NCBI GenBank assembly: GCA_964519035.1
Contig: CAZFKZ010000004.1
Span: forward strand, 9,820 to 73,819
Source of the DNA: an uncultured Rhodobacterales bacterium
Lineage (GTDB): Bacteria; Pseudomonadota; Alphaproteobacteria; Puniceispirillales; Marisalimonadaceae
DNA length: 64,000 bases
Direction: 5' to 3'
The notes under the pieces were generated by a model, which saw nothing but the letters and a program-made list of their open reading frames with translations, was not told the DNA's origin and did not search any database. Position 1 is the stretch's first letter, and each line of letters begins with the position of its first letter. The position numbers and the translations under genes are program-made. Shown in pieces: positions 10,921 to 20,496 of this stretch.

Positions 10921-12220
10921 AAAAAATGTAAATATTATGAATGTATTAGATGCTGATTTTAAATCTAAATTAAAATTGTTGTTAATTAAAGATGAACAAT
11001 TAGATGAACAAATTAATCAAACTGTATCTCGAATTATTAAAGAAGTTTGTAAATCTGGAGATAAAGCTTTACTTCAAATGGTAACTAAATTTGACGGTAT
11101 CAATGCATCGAAAATAAATGATCTAAAAATAGATAAATCTATCTTAAAATCATCTTATGATAAATTACCTAAAAATGAAAAGGAAGCTTTAAATTTTGCA
11201 GCTACAAGAATTAAAAATTTTCATCAAAAACAAATACCTCTAAATCTAAATTATGAAGATAAATTAAATGTAAAATTAGGGATGCTTTATAACCCTATTG
11301 AATCAGCAGGCTTTTATGTTCCGGGTGGCAAGGCTATTTACCCATCTTCGGTTTTAATGAATGCCATCCCAGCACTAATTGCTGGTGTTAAAAGAAGAAT
11401 TATGGTTAGTCCAATTTCGTGTTTAAATAAATCATCAATAGTTTTAGCCGCAGCGTATATTTCTGAAGTAACAGATTTTTATTGTATGGGAGGTGCTCAT
11501 TCAATTGCGGCTTTAGCTTATGGGACTGAAACAATTGAACGTGTAGATAAAATTGTTGGTCCAGGTAATGCATACGTAGCTGAAGCCAAAAGACAGGTAT
11601 TTGGAAAGGTTGGTATAGACTCTATTGCAGGGCCCTCTGAAGTTTTAATAGTTTGTGATAAACTAGCTTCTCCTGATCATGTTGCAATTGATCTTTTGTC
11701 TCAAGCTGAACATGACGAAAATGCTCAAGCAATACTGATAACTAACTGCAAAGATCACGCTACAAAAATAGAAAAAGCAGTAGATAAATTTTTAAAAATT
11801 TTACCTAGATCTCAAATAGCTAGTTCTTCATGGTATAATAGAGGAGCTATAATAATTATAGATAAAATTGAAGATGCTATAGATTTAATAAATTTCATTG
11901 CTCCTGAACATTTGGAGCTGGCATTTGAAAATGCTGAACAGTATATTAATAAAATTAAAAATGCTGGAGCAATTTTTGTTGGTTATAATACTCCAGAAGC
12001 TGTTGGAGACTATGTTGCCGGGCCAAATCATGTTTTACCTACAAATGGAACAGCTAAATTTTCAAGTGGTTTAAGTGTACTAGATTTTTATAAAAGAACG
12101 ACAGTTGTGAGTTGTAATGAGACAAATCTTCCAATTATAGGAAAGCATGCAATAACTCTTGCTAATGCAGAAGGTTTAAATGCTCATGCATTATCTATTT
12201 CACTCAGGATTAATTCATAA
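10913..12220 (+). CDS. hisD: Histidinol dehydrogenase
   Basis: 435 aa with IAGPSEVLIV, SQAEHDENAQA, APEHLEL and GDYVAGPNHVLPT motifs. 8-nt overlap with hisG. Confidence 0.95.
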   Translation: MIKKNVNIMNVLDADFKSKLKLLLIKDEQLDEQINQTVSRIIKEVCKSGDKALLQMVTKFDGINASKINDLKIDKSILKSSYDKLPKNEKEALNFAATRIKNFHQKQIPLNLNYEDKLNVKLGMLYNPIESAGFYVPGGKAIYPSSVLMNAIPALIAGVKRRIMVSPISCLNKSSIVLAAAYISEVTDFYCMGGAHSIAALAYGTETIERVDKIVGPGNAYVAEAKRQVFGKVGIDSIAGPSEVLIVCDKLASPDHVAIDLLSQAEHDENAQAILITNCKDHATKIEKAVDKFLKILPRSQIASSSWYNRGAIIIIDKIEDAIDLINFIAPEHLELAFENAEQYINKIKNAGAIFVGYNTPEAVGDYVAGPNHVLPTNGTAKFSSGLSVLDFYKRTTVVSCNETNLPIIGKHAITLANAEGLNAHALSISLRINS

Positions 12221-12308
12221 TAATATTATTATTATTATTTATATTAAAATCTTGACTAATTCATAGGAATAGTCAGATTACAACTAGATAAATTTTGAAA
12301 GAGATTAT

Positions 12309-12527
12309 ATGGCTAAAGAAGATGTAATAGAGTTTTCAGGAGTAGTTGAAGAACTTTTACCAAACGCAATGTTTAGAGTTAAGCTTGAAAATGAACATGA
12401 AGTTTTAGCTCATACAAGTGGAAAAATGAGAAAAAATAGAATAAGAGTTTTGCTTGGTGATAAAGTTAATGTTGAAATGACACCTTATGATTTAACTAAG
12501 GGTAGAATTACATTCCGATTTAAATAG
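12309..12527 (+). CDS. infA: Translation initiation factor IF-1
   Basis: 72 aa, [48 protein letters not shown]; near-canonical IF1. Confidence 0.95.
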   Translation: MAKEDVIEFSGVVEELLPNAMFRVKLENEHEVLAHTSGKMRKNRIRVLLGDKVNVEMTPYDLTKGRITFRFK

Positions 12528-12549
12528 TTTTAATTTTAAAGTCTGTTTT

Positions 12550-13152
12550 ATGTCTAAGAATTATACTAATAAACATTTTATTCTTGCTTCAGGTTCACCA
12601 AGAAGATCTGATTTATTAGAGCAGATAGGAATAAAACCTGATTTAATATTATCTCCTGATATAGACGAATCATCAGAAGCAAAAGAGTTACCCCTAACAT
12701 ATGTTAAAAGACTAGCCTTAAAAAAAAATATAGTTTTTAGAAACAAATACCCTAATTCCATCATTTTATCAGCTGATACTATTGTTTCAACTGGAAGAAT
12801 GATTTTGCCTAAAGCTGAAAATATAGTTATGGCTGAAATGTGTTTAAGAAAATTATCTGGAAGAAGACACAAAGTATACACTTCTTTCGTTTTATCAGAT
12901 TCAAACAATGTTGTAAAAACAAAAACAGTTCAATCAATAGTAAAATTCAAAAGATTAGATGAAAAAGAAATATTATTTTATCTTAGAACAAATGAATGGG
13001 AAGGTAAAGCTGGAGGCTATGCTATTCAAGGATTTGCATCTTCTTTTATAAACTTTATTTCAGGGTCTTATAGTAATATTGTTGGGTTGCCACTAGCTGA
13101 ATTATACAGAATGCTTATATCAATCGGTTATAAATTTGAAGATGAAAAATAA
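12550..13152 (+). CDS. maf: Maf-like nucleoside triphosphate pyrophosphatase
   Basis: 200 aa with ILASGSPRRSDLL and GKAGGYAIQG motifs. Confidence 0.9.
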   Translation: MSKNYTNKHFILASGSPRRSDLLEQIGIKPDLILSPDIDESSEAKELPLTYVKRLALKKNIVFRNKYPNSIILSADTIVSTGRMILPKAENIVMAEMCLRKLSGRRHKVYTSFVLSDSNNVVKTKTVQSIVKFKRLDEKEILFYLRTNEWEGKAGGYAIQGFASSFINFISGSYSNIVGLPLAELYRMLISIGYKFEDEK

Positions 13153-14173
13153 ATTTGATAGTCACTTTATTTTAATTGATAAATGTGCTGAAGAAACAAG
13201 AATAGCAGAGATTTTAGATGGGAAAATCATTAAGTGTATTTCTTGGTTTGATAATAATATCCCAATTATTGGGAATCAATTAGATGCATTTGTAGTTAAA
13301 AAATTACATGGAGGTCTTGCGCGAGCAAGGTTAAACGATAAGTCTTTAGTTACTATCAGAGGTACACCTAAATCATTAAAAGAAAACTCTTTAGTGAAAA
13401 TATTAATAACAAGTGAAAAATTTGATAATAAACCTATTCAAGCAAAATTAGTTGATCAAGATAATTACGATGTTACAAAATTAGAATATTTTAGTGTTGA
13501 AGATAAGGTTATTGCAGCTGTTTTTACTAGAGGTATTCCCATACTAAATGATAAGTATGCTATATATTGGGAAATGTTAAACTTAGATCAACAATACCTA
13601 AATGCACTTGAGCCAAAAGTCCATTTAGCGGAAGGTGGTTTGCTTTGGATTGAAAAAACTAAAGCCGCTACTTTAATAGATGTAGACACAGACAAATTAA
13701 AAATACATTCAATAGATCAATTATATTTTTTTTGTCTTTCTATTTTTGATAAATGCTTAAAAGAAATAAAGTTAAGGAATATTGGAGGAATGATTTTGGT
13801 CGATTTTCCAAGGCTACCTTTATCGAAAAGAAAGTTACTACATCAAAAATTTACTAATATTGGAAAAAACACTTTTGTAGATGGTTCCTTTTTAGGTTTT
13901 TCTAAACTATTGTTATATGAAATTTATATTCCAAGAAAATTACGCTTGCTTGGTGAATTTTATCAAGATAATAGTGAATTCACATTCCAAAATTATCTAA
14001 GATCTATTTGGAGAAAATCAAAAGAGATGAAATCTAAAAATAACATTCAATTTATATGTGGAAAAGATTTATATAATAAAATTAAAACAAAAATTACACC
14101 TGAATATATTAAAATAGTTGAGAGACAAGACCTTCCTCATGATTACGGAGAGTTGGTAGATTTAAGATTATGA
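13136..14173 (+). CDS. Rne/Rng-family ribonuclease, short (345 aa) RNase G-like form
   Basis: S1-like IIGNQLDAFVVKKLHGGLARARL, then AATLIDVDT and RNIGGMILVDFPRL, which resemble the two catalytic-Asp segments of RNase E/G. The infA-maf-rng order is typical of alphaproteobacteria. Confidence 0.7.
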   Translation: MKMKNKFDSHFILIDKCAEETRIAEILDGKIIKCISWFDNNIPIIGNQLDAFVVKKLHGGLARARLNDKSLVTIRGTPKSLKENSLVKILITSEKFDNKPIQAKLVDQDNYDVTKLEYFSVEDKVIAAVFTRGIPILNDKYAIYWEMLNLDQQYLNALEPKVHLAEGGLLWIEKTKAATLIDVDTDKLKIHSIDQLYFFCLSIFDKCLKEIKLRNIGGMILVDFPRLPLSKRKLLHQKFTNIGKNTFVDGSFLGFSKLLLYEIYIPRKLRLLGEFYQDNSEFTFQNYLRSIWRKSKEMKSKNNIQFICGKDLYNKIKTKITPEYIKIVERQDLPHDYGELVDLRL

Positions 14174-14337
14174 CAAATTATATAAAAAAAGAAATTAAAT
14201 GTCCTATATGTAATAAAATGTTTGATAAAACTTTAAACACAAAACCTTTTTGTTCGAAACGCTGTAGCTATATTGACTTAAATAATTGGTTAGGAGAAAA
14301 ATATTCAATACCAGCAAAAGAAGATGATTTAGAATAA
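14170..14337 (+). CDS. yacG: DNA gyrase inhibitor YacG (zinc-ribbon protein, 55 aa), missed by the ORF track
   Basis: ATGA overlap with the upstream stop. MTNYIKKEIKCPICNKMFDKTLNTKPFCSKRCSYIDLNNWLGEKYSIP has the CPxC...PFCSxRCxxxDLxxW signature. Confidence 0.75.
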   Translation: MTNYIKKEIKCPICNKMFDKTLNTKPFCSKRCSYIDLNNWLGEKYSIPAKEDDLE

Positions 14338-14398
14338 TAATTTATTTTGATATCTAGACATCTTAACGTGTTCGAGTTATAGATTACTTCAATAAATT

Positions 14399-14474
<76 letters not shown>

Positions 14475-14599
14475 CGTTTACTTAATTATTCTTTACAATT
14501 TTTTTAAATTTTTTTATCTAACTTTCTTATGGCTATCATCCTATTCTTAAAATGTTTATAACTTTATCTATTATATTAATTTAGTTTAAAAATAAAATT

Positions 14600-14797
14600 A
14601 TGAAATACAAAACTTTAGATGAAATAAAAAAGAATCCTGTTTGGATAAAACTTCAATCTAAAGGGACTGATAAAAAAGAGCTTGATAAGCAGTTTTTATC
14701 TCTTTCAGAGGATGAAAAAATCATTGCAATTGATTTGTTTGAGTCTTTAAAATTTGTTATGGAAAATATTATTAAAAATAAAAAAACTCATCATTAG
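14600..14797 (+). CDS. Hypothetical protein (65 aa)
   Basis: Isolated ORF between tRNA-Phe and the first catabolic cluster. No recognisable motif. Confidence 0.35.
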   Translation: MKYKTLDEIKKNPVWIKLQSKGTDKKELDKQFLSLSEDEKIIAIDLFESLKFVMENIIKNKKTHH

Positions 14798-14982
14798 ATC
14801 TTTTAATAAGATCATATAAACTCATTTTTTTTTAGGTTAATTATTAAAGTTATTTAATCATTTATAAAATATACAATAGAACTTATTGTTTGTATAATTA
14901 TGTTACTTTAACTAATATAAACACACCAACAAAGTTAATATGTTAACTATTATTAATATTCTTTTTTTCAGGGAGAATTAAA

Positions 14983-15969
14983 TTGAGTCAAATTAAAGAA
15001 ACAAATAAAAAAAAAGTTTTAATGGTTCAAGGTCTTCATGAAGAAGGGGTTAAATTGTTACAACAAAGGGATGATATAGAGGCAATAACAATTATGTCTT
15101 CTGATGAAGACGAAATCATGGAAGCTGCTAAAGATGTTCACGGTATTACAGTCAGAACAGCAAATATATCTAGGAAGATAATTGAAAATTCAAAGAACCT
15201 TGCAATAGTTTCAAGGCATGGCGTTGGATATGATTCAATTGATGTAAACGCATTAAATGATTGTGGAATTCCACTAGCTATAGCTGCTCATTCAAATATG
15301 ATTTCTGTAGCTGAACATGCAATGTATATGTTATTAGCTCTTTCCAAAAATGTTTTTTATTACGATCAATTTGCTAGAAAAGCGGATTGGACTAATCGAT
15401 GGGATATAAAAGCTTGGGATCTAGCCGAAAAAAATATCCTTGTAGTTGGTTTTGGAAGAATTGGATCGCGTTTGGTTAAAAGAGCTAAAGCTTTTGATAT
15501 GAATGTCTTTGTTTATGATCCATATGTAAACCCGTCTGAGATTAAAAACTCCGGTGCCATTCATGTTGATAACTATAAAGCTATACTAGCTAAAATGGAT
15601 GCAGTATCCTTGCATTGTCCCAAAAATGAAGACACTACAAATATGTTTTCTTCTGAAGAGTTCAGTATAATGAAAGATACATCTTTTCTAATAAATTGCG
15701 CAAGAGGAGGTATTGTTAATGAAATTGCACTTCATGAAGCCCTAACTTCTAAAAAAATACGAGCAGCTGGATTAGATGTCTATGATGATGAACCTTCAAC
15801 GTCCTCTAATCCTCTTTTCTCTTTAGAAAATGTTTTACTTTCCCCGCATATTGCTGGTGTTACAGTTGAGGCTACTATAAGAATGTCAAAACAATCTGTC
15901 CAAAATGTACTTGATCTTTTTGATAATAAAATAAACCCAGAAGTAATTATAAATAAAAATGTTTTATAG
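14983..15969 (+). CDS. D-isomer-specific 2-hydroxyacid dehydrogenase (PGDH/hydroxypyruvate reductase-like)
   Basis: 328 aa. NAD motif VVGFGRIGSRL and the catalytic R/E/H pattern CARGGIV, LDVYDDEP, SPHIAG. TTG start 6 nt after GGGAGA. Confidence 0.85.
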   Translation: MSQIKETNKKKVLMVQGLHEEGVKLLQQRDDIEAITIMSSDEDEIMEAAKDVHGITVRTANISRKIIENSKNLAIVSRHGVGYDSIDVNALNDCGIPLAIAAHSNMISVAEHAMYMLLALSKNVFYYDQFARKADWTNRWDIKAWDLAEKNILVVGFGRIGSRLVKRAKAFDMNVFVYDPYVNPSEIKNSGAIHVDNYKAILAKMDAVSLHCPKNEDTTNMFSSEEFSIMKDTSFLINCARGGIVNEIALHEALTSKKIRAAGLDVYDDEPSTSSNPLFSLENVLLSPHIAGVTVEATIRMSKQSVQNVLDLFDNKINPEVIINKNVL

Positions 15970-15980
15970 GAGATAATTAA

Positions 15981-16739
15981 ATGAAACAGCAATCATTAAG
16001 AAATTGTTGGTTAGAGGGCAAAGGTGCTATTAATGCATGGTGTTCAATTCCAAGTGCAGTCACAGCTGAAATGATGTCAATGAATGATTTTGATTCAATA
16101 ACAATTGATATGCAACATGGTTTAGTTGATTACCAAATGGCGCTTAATATGCTTCAAGTAATATCTGGGTCGGGCAAAACCCCTATGGTAAGAGTTCCCT
16201 GGAACGAACCAGGGATTATTATGAAATCTTTGGATGCAGGAGCACTTGGTATTATATGTCCGATGATAAATACTCCTCAAGACGCAACTAACTTTGTTGG
16301 AGCTACTAAGTATGCTCCAGTAGGACATAGAAGTTCTGGACCAACAAGAGCAATGATGGTGCATGGACCTGAATACCACAACGAATCTAATGATAATATT
16401 ATTTCTTTAGCTATGATAGAGACAGTAGAAGCTCTAGATAATGTAGAAAAAATAGCTGCAACGGAAGGGTTAACTGGAATATATATAGGACCATCAGATT
16501 TAAGTATTTCTATGGGATATAAACCAGGTTTAGATAGATCAGAACCAGAAATGGTTGAAGCAATAAAGAGAATTGAAACAGCTTGCATTAATAATAATAT
16601 TAAAGTGGGAATACATTGTCTTTCTCCTTCTTATTTAAAAGATAAGTTATCAAATGGATTCAACCTAGCAACCTTAGCTAGTGACGTTAGAATATATTCT
16701 GCAGGAATAGCTGAAAATTTAAAAGAAGCTAAATCTTAA
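15981..16739 (+). CDS. HpcH/HpaI-family class II aldolase (2-keto-3-deoxy-acid aldolase)
   Basis: 252 aa with ITIDMQHG, MVRVPWNEPGIIMKSLDAGALGIICPMI and IETVEALDNVEKIAATEGLTGIYIGPSDLS. Confidence 0.85.
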   Translation: MKQQSLRNCWLEGKGAINAWCSIPSAVTAEMMSMNDFDSITIDMQHGLVDYQMALNMLQVISGSGKTPMVRVPWNEPGIIMKSLDAGALGIICPMINTPQDATNFVGATKYAPVGHRSSGPTRAMMVHGPEYHNESNDNIISLAMIETVEALDNVEKIAATEGLTGIYIGPSDLSISMGYKPGLDRSEPEMVEAIKRIETACINNNIKVGIHCLSPSYLKDKLSNGFNLATLASDVRIYSAGIAENLKEAKS

Positions 16740-16771
16740 ATACACAATATAAATTAATCATTTAAGGAGAC

Positions 16772-17746
16772 TTGATGAAAGCGGTATTAGTAGCCAAAAA
16801 TGGGATTGAAATTATTGATGTTCAAATACCTGAACCTAAAAGTAATGAAGTGTTGGTTAAAGTTTTTGCATGTGGGTTAAATAGAGCAGATTTGATGGTT
16901 GCTGATGGAGGAGTTCATGGTTCCTCTGGAGGGTCTGGTACTATTGTAGGAATGGAATTTTCGGGTGAGGTTATTAATTTTGGTAGTGATGTAAATGGTT
17001 TATCAATTGGAGATAGAGTCATGTGTTCAGGTTCTTCAGCTTGGGCAGAATTTGCAGTTGCGGACTGGGGCAGAGTTATTAAAATACCAGATAATAATAT
17101 GGATTTTAACACTGCATGCACTTATCCAATTGCTTTAGGAACAATGCATAATGCTATTATTACAACAGGACAATTCACTAAAGGACAATCAATTTTAATT
17201 CAAGGGGCTAGCTCTGGTGTGGGAATAATGGGTTTGCAAATTGCTAAATATATGGAAGGCAAAACTATTATAGGAACTTCAACTAAAACCGAGAAATATG
17301 ATAAATTAAAACAAATGGGCGCTGATATTATTTTAAATTCAAAAGATCCTAGTTGGGTAGAGGAAGTTTTGGAATTAACCAATGGTAAGGGTGTTGATTT
17401 AATAATCGATCAACTGTCTGGTTATACGGTGAATCAAAATATGTCTGCTACGAAGGTTAAAGGAAACATTGTAAACGTTGGGAGACTTGCAGGTAGTCAA
17501 ACAGATTTTAATTGTGACCTTCATGCATTGAGGAGAATAAATTACAGAGGTGTCACGTTTAGAACTCGCTCTTTAGACGAAGTTAGAAAAGTATATTTGG
17601 ATATGTGGAACGATTTTAGTGCTCCTGTTATTGAAAAAAAGCTTCTACTACCTATTGAAAAGGTATTTGATTTTGATAACGTTAAGGAAGCTTTATCATA
17701 CATGAGAGAAAATAAGCACTTTGGAAAATTAGTTTTAAAATTATAA
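16772..17746 (+). CDS. MDR-superfamily NAD(P)H quinone oxidoreductase / alcohol dehydrogenase
   Basis: 324 aa with VLVKVFACGLNRADL and IQGASSGVGIMGLQIAK. The likely true start is ATG at 16775. Confidence 0.85.
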   Translation: MMKAVLVAKNGIEIIDVQIPEPKSNEVLVKVFACGLNRADLMVADGGVHGSSGGSGTIVGMEFSGEVINFGSDVNGLSIGDRVMCSGSSAWAEFAVADWGRVIKIPDNNMDFNTACTYPIALGTMHNAIITTGQFTKGQSILIQGASSGVGIMGLQIAKYMEGKTIIGTSTKTEKYDKLKQMGADIILNSKDPSWVEEVLELTNGKGVDLIIDQLSGYTVNQNMSATKVKGNIVNVGRLAGSQTDFNCDLHALRRINYRGVTFRTRSLDEVRKVYLDMWNDFSAPVIEKKLLLPIEKVFDFDNVKEALSYMRENKHFGKLVLKL

Positions 17747-17756
17747 AGTTTTCATT

Positions 17757-18500
17757 ATGATTTCTGATCCAATTATAATATTTGCAATTGTGATTGCTTT
17801 TGCATTGGGTGGCATCTTAAAAGGTGCTACTGGAGCTGGAGCTCCTATTATTACAATTCCAGTTATGGCAGCTTTTTATGACGTTAGAATTGCAGTTATA
17901 ATAATGGTTATTCCTAATTTTATAACTAATATTGGGCAATTGTATCAATATAGAAAAACTATTCTACCTCTTTTTTTTACAAGTTCATTTGCTTTAGGTG
18001 GAGGCTTAGGTGCTTTTCTAGGAACCGTTTTATTAGTTCACTTACCTATAAAAATTTTAACATTGTCAGTGGCAACTATAGTAATTATATATATATTTCT
18101 AAAATTAGCTGTCCCATCATGGAAATTAAATTACTACAAGGCTAAAAAGTTAGTTTTTTTAATGGGAACAGGTGGAGGAATACTCCAAGGCTCTGCAGGA
18201 TTATCGGCCCCCATTTCTATAACTTTTTTAAATTCAATGAAGTTAGATAGAAACCAGTTTATTCCTACGATATCTGTGTACTTTGGAGTAATGTCTATAT
18301 TTCAAATGCCTACTTTATATTATTATGATTTTATTAATTTAGAAAACGTTGTTATAAGTTGTGTTTCTACCGGTATATTAATGGCTTTTATGCCCTTAGG
18401 GTCATGGATAGCTAAAAGCGTTACAAAAGAAAGTTTTGATAAACTTACTTTAATTCTGCTTGCTTTTATTGCGATCAGAATTATTTATTTAAACTATTAA
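17757..18500 (+). CDS. TauE/SafE-family (DUF81) anion exporter
   Basis: 247-aa polytopic protein with internally repeated halves (GATGAGAPIITIPVM and GGGILQGSAGLSAPI), typical of TauE/SafE sulfite/sulfonate exporters. Confidence 0.8.
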   Translation: MISDPIIIFAIVIAFALGGILKGATGAGAPIITIPVMAAFYDVRIAVIIMVIPNFITNIGQLYQYRKTILPLFFTSSFALGGGLGAFLGTVLLVHLPIKILTLSVATIVIIYIFLKLAVPSWKLNYYKAKKLVFLMGTGGGILQGSAGLSAPISITFLNSMKLDRNQFIPTISVYFGVMSIFQMPTLYYYDFINLENVVISCVSTGILMAFMPLGSWIAKSVTKESFDKLTLILLAFIAIRIIYLNY

Positions 18501-18508
18501 ACATACAC

Positions 18509-19189
18509 TTACTGGTTTCCACAAATTAATCTCCCATTATGTGATGAACATTTATATCTAAGAGATTTGTTTATCTTGTTAATGTGTTTTTTAGTCATTT
18601 CAGGAAGACAATCTTGTAAGAAACTTGGCTTAAGTTTATTGTACTTAGAGATTGGATCTACTTCTTTTAAAAAACCATTCTTGGTTATTTTGTAATTAGA
18701 ATAAGGTAAAATATCAATTTGGTTAATTTTTTTTGGATGTATTTTTAATACTTTATTAAAGTTAAAAATCTCCAAATCTTTGTTTTTAGAAAAAACAAAA
18801 TCACTGTTAAGCTTATATATATTATATGAATTAAAATTAAAATTGTAAGAAATATTCTTATTAGGTTTTACTGAAAAAAATATATTACCTTTTAACAATG
18901 TAAAATTTACATTTTTTTGATCTATTGTAATATTGATTTTTAAGGATGATTGATTTGACAAACAAATTTTAGTCTTGTCTTTGAAAATCATAATTGCAGG
19001 TAATTCATTAGATTTTAAATAATCACCATTTTTGAGAATGGTATCTATATTCAATCGATTCCTTTTTCCATAAATATCTAAGATATTTATGGGGTTTTGA
19101 AATGATAATAATTTAATCTTGTTTGAAGAAAAAGCGGGTGTAAAAGAATAAGCAATTATTGAAATGGCTATTAATAATTTAGAAAACAT
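18509..19189 (-). CDS. Secreted hypothetical protein, possibly a FecR-like beta domain
   Basis: 226 aa with signal peptide MFSKLLIAISIIAYSFTPAFS and an N/K-rich beta-strand pattern (LLKGNIFFSVKP). The family call is weak. Confidence 0.5.
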   Translation of the reverse strand: MFSKLLIAISIIAYSFTPAFSSNKIKLLSFQNPINILDIYGKRNRLNIDTILKNGDYLKSNELPAIMIFKDKTKICLSNQSSLKINITIDQKNVNFTLLKGNIFFSVKPNKNISYNFNFNSYNIYKLNSDFVFSKNKDLEIFNFNKVLKIHPKKINQIDILPYSNYKITKNGFLKEVDPISKYNKLKPSFLQDCLPEMTKKHINKINKSLRYKCSSHNGRLICGNQ

Positions 19190-19219
19190 TTAACCATCAT
19201 AATTTTTTAAATAAATTTA

Positions 19220-19252
19220 ATTAGACAGCTAAAATGTCCTTAGCTGTCTAAT
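19220..19252 (-). terminator. Putative intrinsic terminator after the ABC-transporter operon
   Basis: Perfect 13-bp inverted repeat ATTAGACAGCTAA / TTAGCTGTCTAAT with a 7-nt loop, 15 nt downstream of the BMP gene stop. The flank is AT-rich, with no clean U-tract. Confidence 0.5.
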
Positions 19253-19266
19253 GATTTAATAAATTC

Positions 19267-20388
19267 TTAACCAGGTATTTTCCCATTAACACCTTTAAGA
19301 TAATAATTCATTCCCCAAAGAGCACGATCATCAAGTGTTTTTCCAGCTGGGATAATTTGTTTTCCTGTATTATCTTCTAGTGGACCAGCAAAAATATTAA
19401 TTTTTCCAGATTTGATATCATTTAAAGTGGTCATTGCCTTTTTAGCAACATTTGCAGGCATATTATTAAATTTTGATATTGTTAACATATCAGATTTTAA
19501 ACCACCCCAAGTATTCCCACCCCAGTGATCTGGAGCTTCACCTGTGTTCCATTTTTTATTCCTTAAAGCTTCAATTTTTTTAATATAATAAGGCCCCCAA
19601 TTATTTATTGAAGCAAACATCTGAGCCTTTGGTGCAAAGGTAGACATGTCAGTAGATTGACCAAAACCTAAAACGCCTTTTTTTTCAGCAATTTGAAGGA
19701 TAGCTGGTGAATCAGTATGTTGTGCTAATATGTCTGCACCCTCAGCAATATGAACTTTAGCGGCATCTGCTTCTTTTACTGGGTCATACCAAGTATTCGC
19801 CCATATAACCGAAATAGAAGCTTTTTCATTAACGGATCTTAAACCTTGAGCAAACGCATTTATACCCATAATAACTTCTGATATAGGATAAGCGCCTACA
19901 TAACCGATTTTATTTGTTTTAGTCATTAAACCTGCTACGACCCCTTGAAGATACCTGCCCTCGTAGAAGCGGATATTTCCTGTAGCTAAATTTTTAGTTC
20001 GCTTATATCCTGTCATATGCTCAAATTTAATATTTGGGAATTCTTTAGCGACCTTTAAAGTAGGCTCCATATAACCAAAAGAAGTTGTAAAAATAATTTC
20101 ATTGCCTTGCTTAGCAAGCTCTCTTATAACTCTTGTTGCATCAGGTCCTTCTGGCACATTTTCTATTACAGATGTTTTAACATTGTCTCCGAAATGTTTT
20201 TTTACCATTAGTCTTGCTAGTTCATGAGCATATGTCCAACCATGATCACCTGGTGTTGTTAAATAAACAAACCCAACTTTAGTTGGTTTTTCAGAATGGT
20301 TAGATGCAAAAGTACTATTATTTAAAATTAAGAATGAGATTGCACTAAGTGCAAAGATAGAAAAGAGACGGAAACAATTTGTTAGCAT
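19267..20388 (-). CDS. BMP-family ABC transporter substrate-binding protein (nucleoside-type)
   Basis: VGFVYLTTPGDHGWTYAHE and a periplasmic binding-protein fold pattern. Start moved to ATG 20388 (MLTNCFRLFSIFALSAISF signal peptide), 7 nt after AGGAG. The track start at 20442 adds an unlikely extension. Confidence 0.85.
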   Translation of the reverse strand: MLTNCFRLFSIFALSAISFLILNNSTFASNHSEKPTKVGFVYLTTPGDHGWTYAHELARLMVKKHFGDNVKTSVIENVPEGPDATRVIRELAKQGNEIIFTTSFGYMEPTLKVAKEFPNIKFEHMTGYKRTKNLATGNIRFYEGRYLQGVVAGLMTKTNKIGYVGAYPISEVIMGINAFAQGLRSVNEKASISVIWANTWYDPVKEADAAKVHIAEGADILAQHTDSPAILQIAEKKGVLGFGQSTDMSTFAPKAQMFASINNWGPYYIKKIEALRNKKWNTGEAPDHWGGNTWGGLKSDMLTISKFNNMPANVAKKAMTTLNDIKSGKINIFAGPLEDNTGKQIIPAGKTLDDRALWGMNYYLKGVNGKIPG

Positions 20389-20496
20389 TATATTACTCCT
20401 ATATTTATAAAAAAACCTTAAAGTGAATCTCTGAAATAACAACCAAAAAAGCAGATGATTTAAAAAAAATATAAAATTGTTTTATTTTTAATCACT

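Noticed and set aside
12252-12280. TTGACT ... TAGTCA inverted repeat and possible -35 box upstream of infA.
   Set aside because: The arms are only 6 bp and there is no acceptable -10 at the right spacing, so it cannot be supported.
14797-14813. Hairpin GATCTT-TTAAT-AAGATC after the 65-aa ORF, as a possible terminator.
   Set aside because: The stem is short and AT-rich, and the T-run begins about 12 nt downstream. It is too weak to call.
14475-14982. tRNA-Phe as the attachment site of a recently integrated genomic island or prophage.
   Set aside because: There is no integrase, excisionase or transposase anywhere in the window, and I could not find a repeat of the tRNA 3' end by eye. It is kept only as a weak flexible-region hypothesis.
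14798-14982. Riboswitch or other structured leader in the longer spacers (14798-14982, 27349-27563, 35070-35288, 42756-42882).
   Set aside because: These spacers are almost pure A/T, with no G/C-supported helices or motifs recalled from glycine, SAM, TPP or other riboswitch classes.
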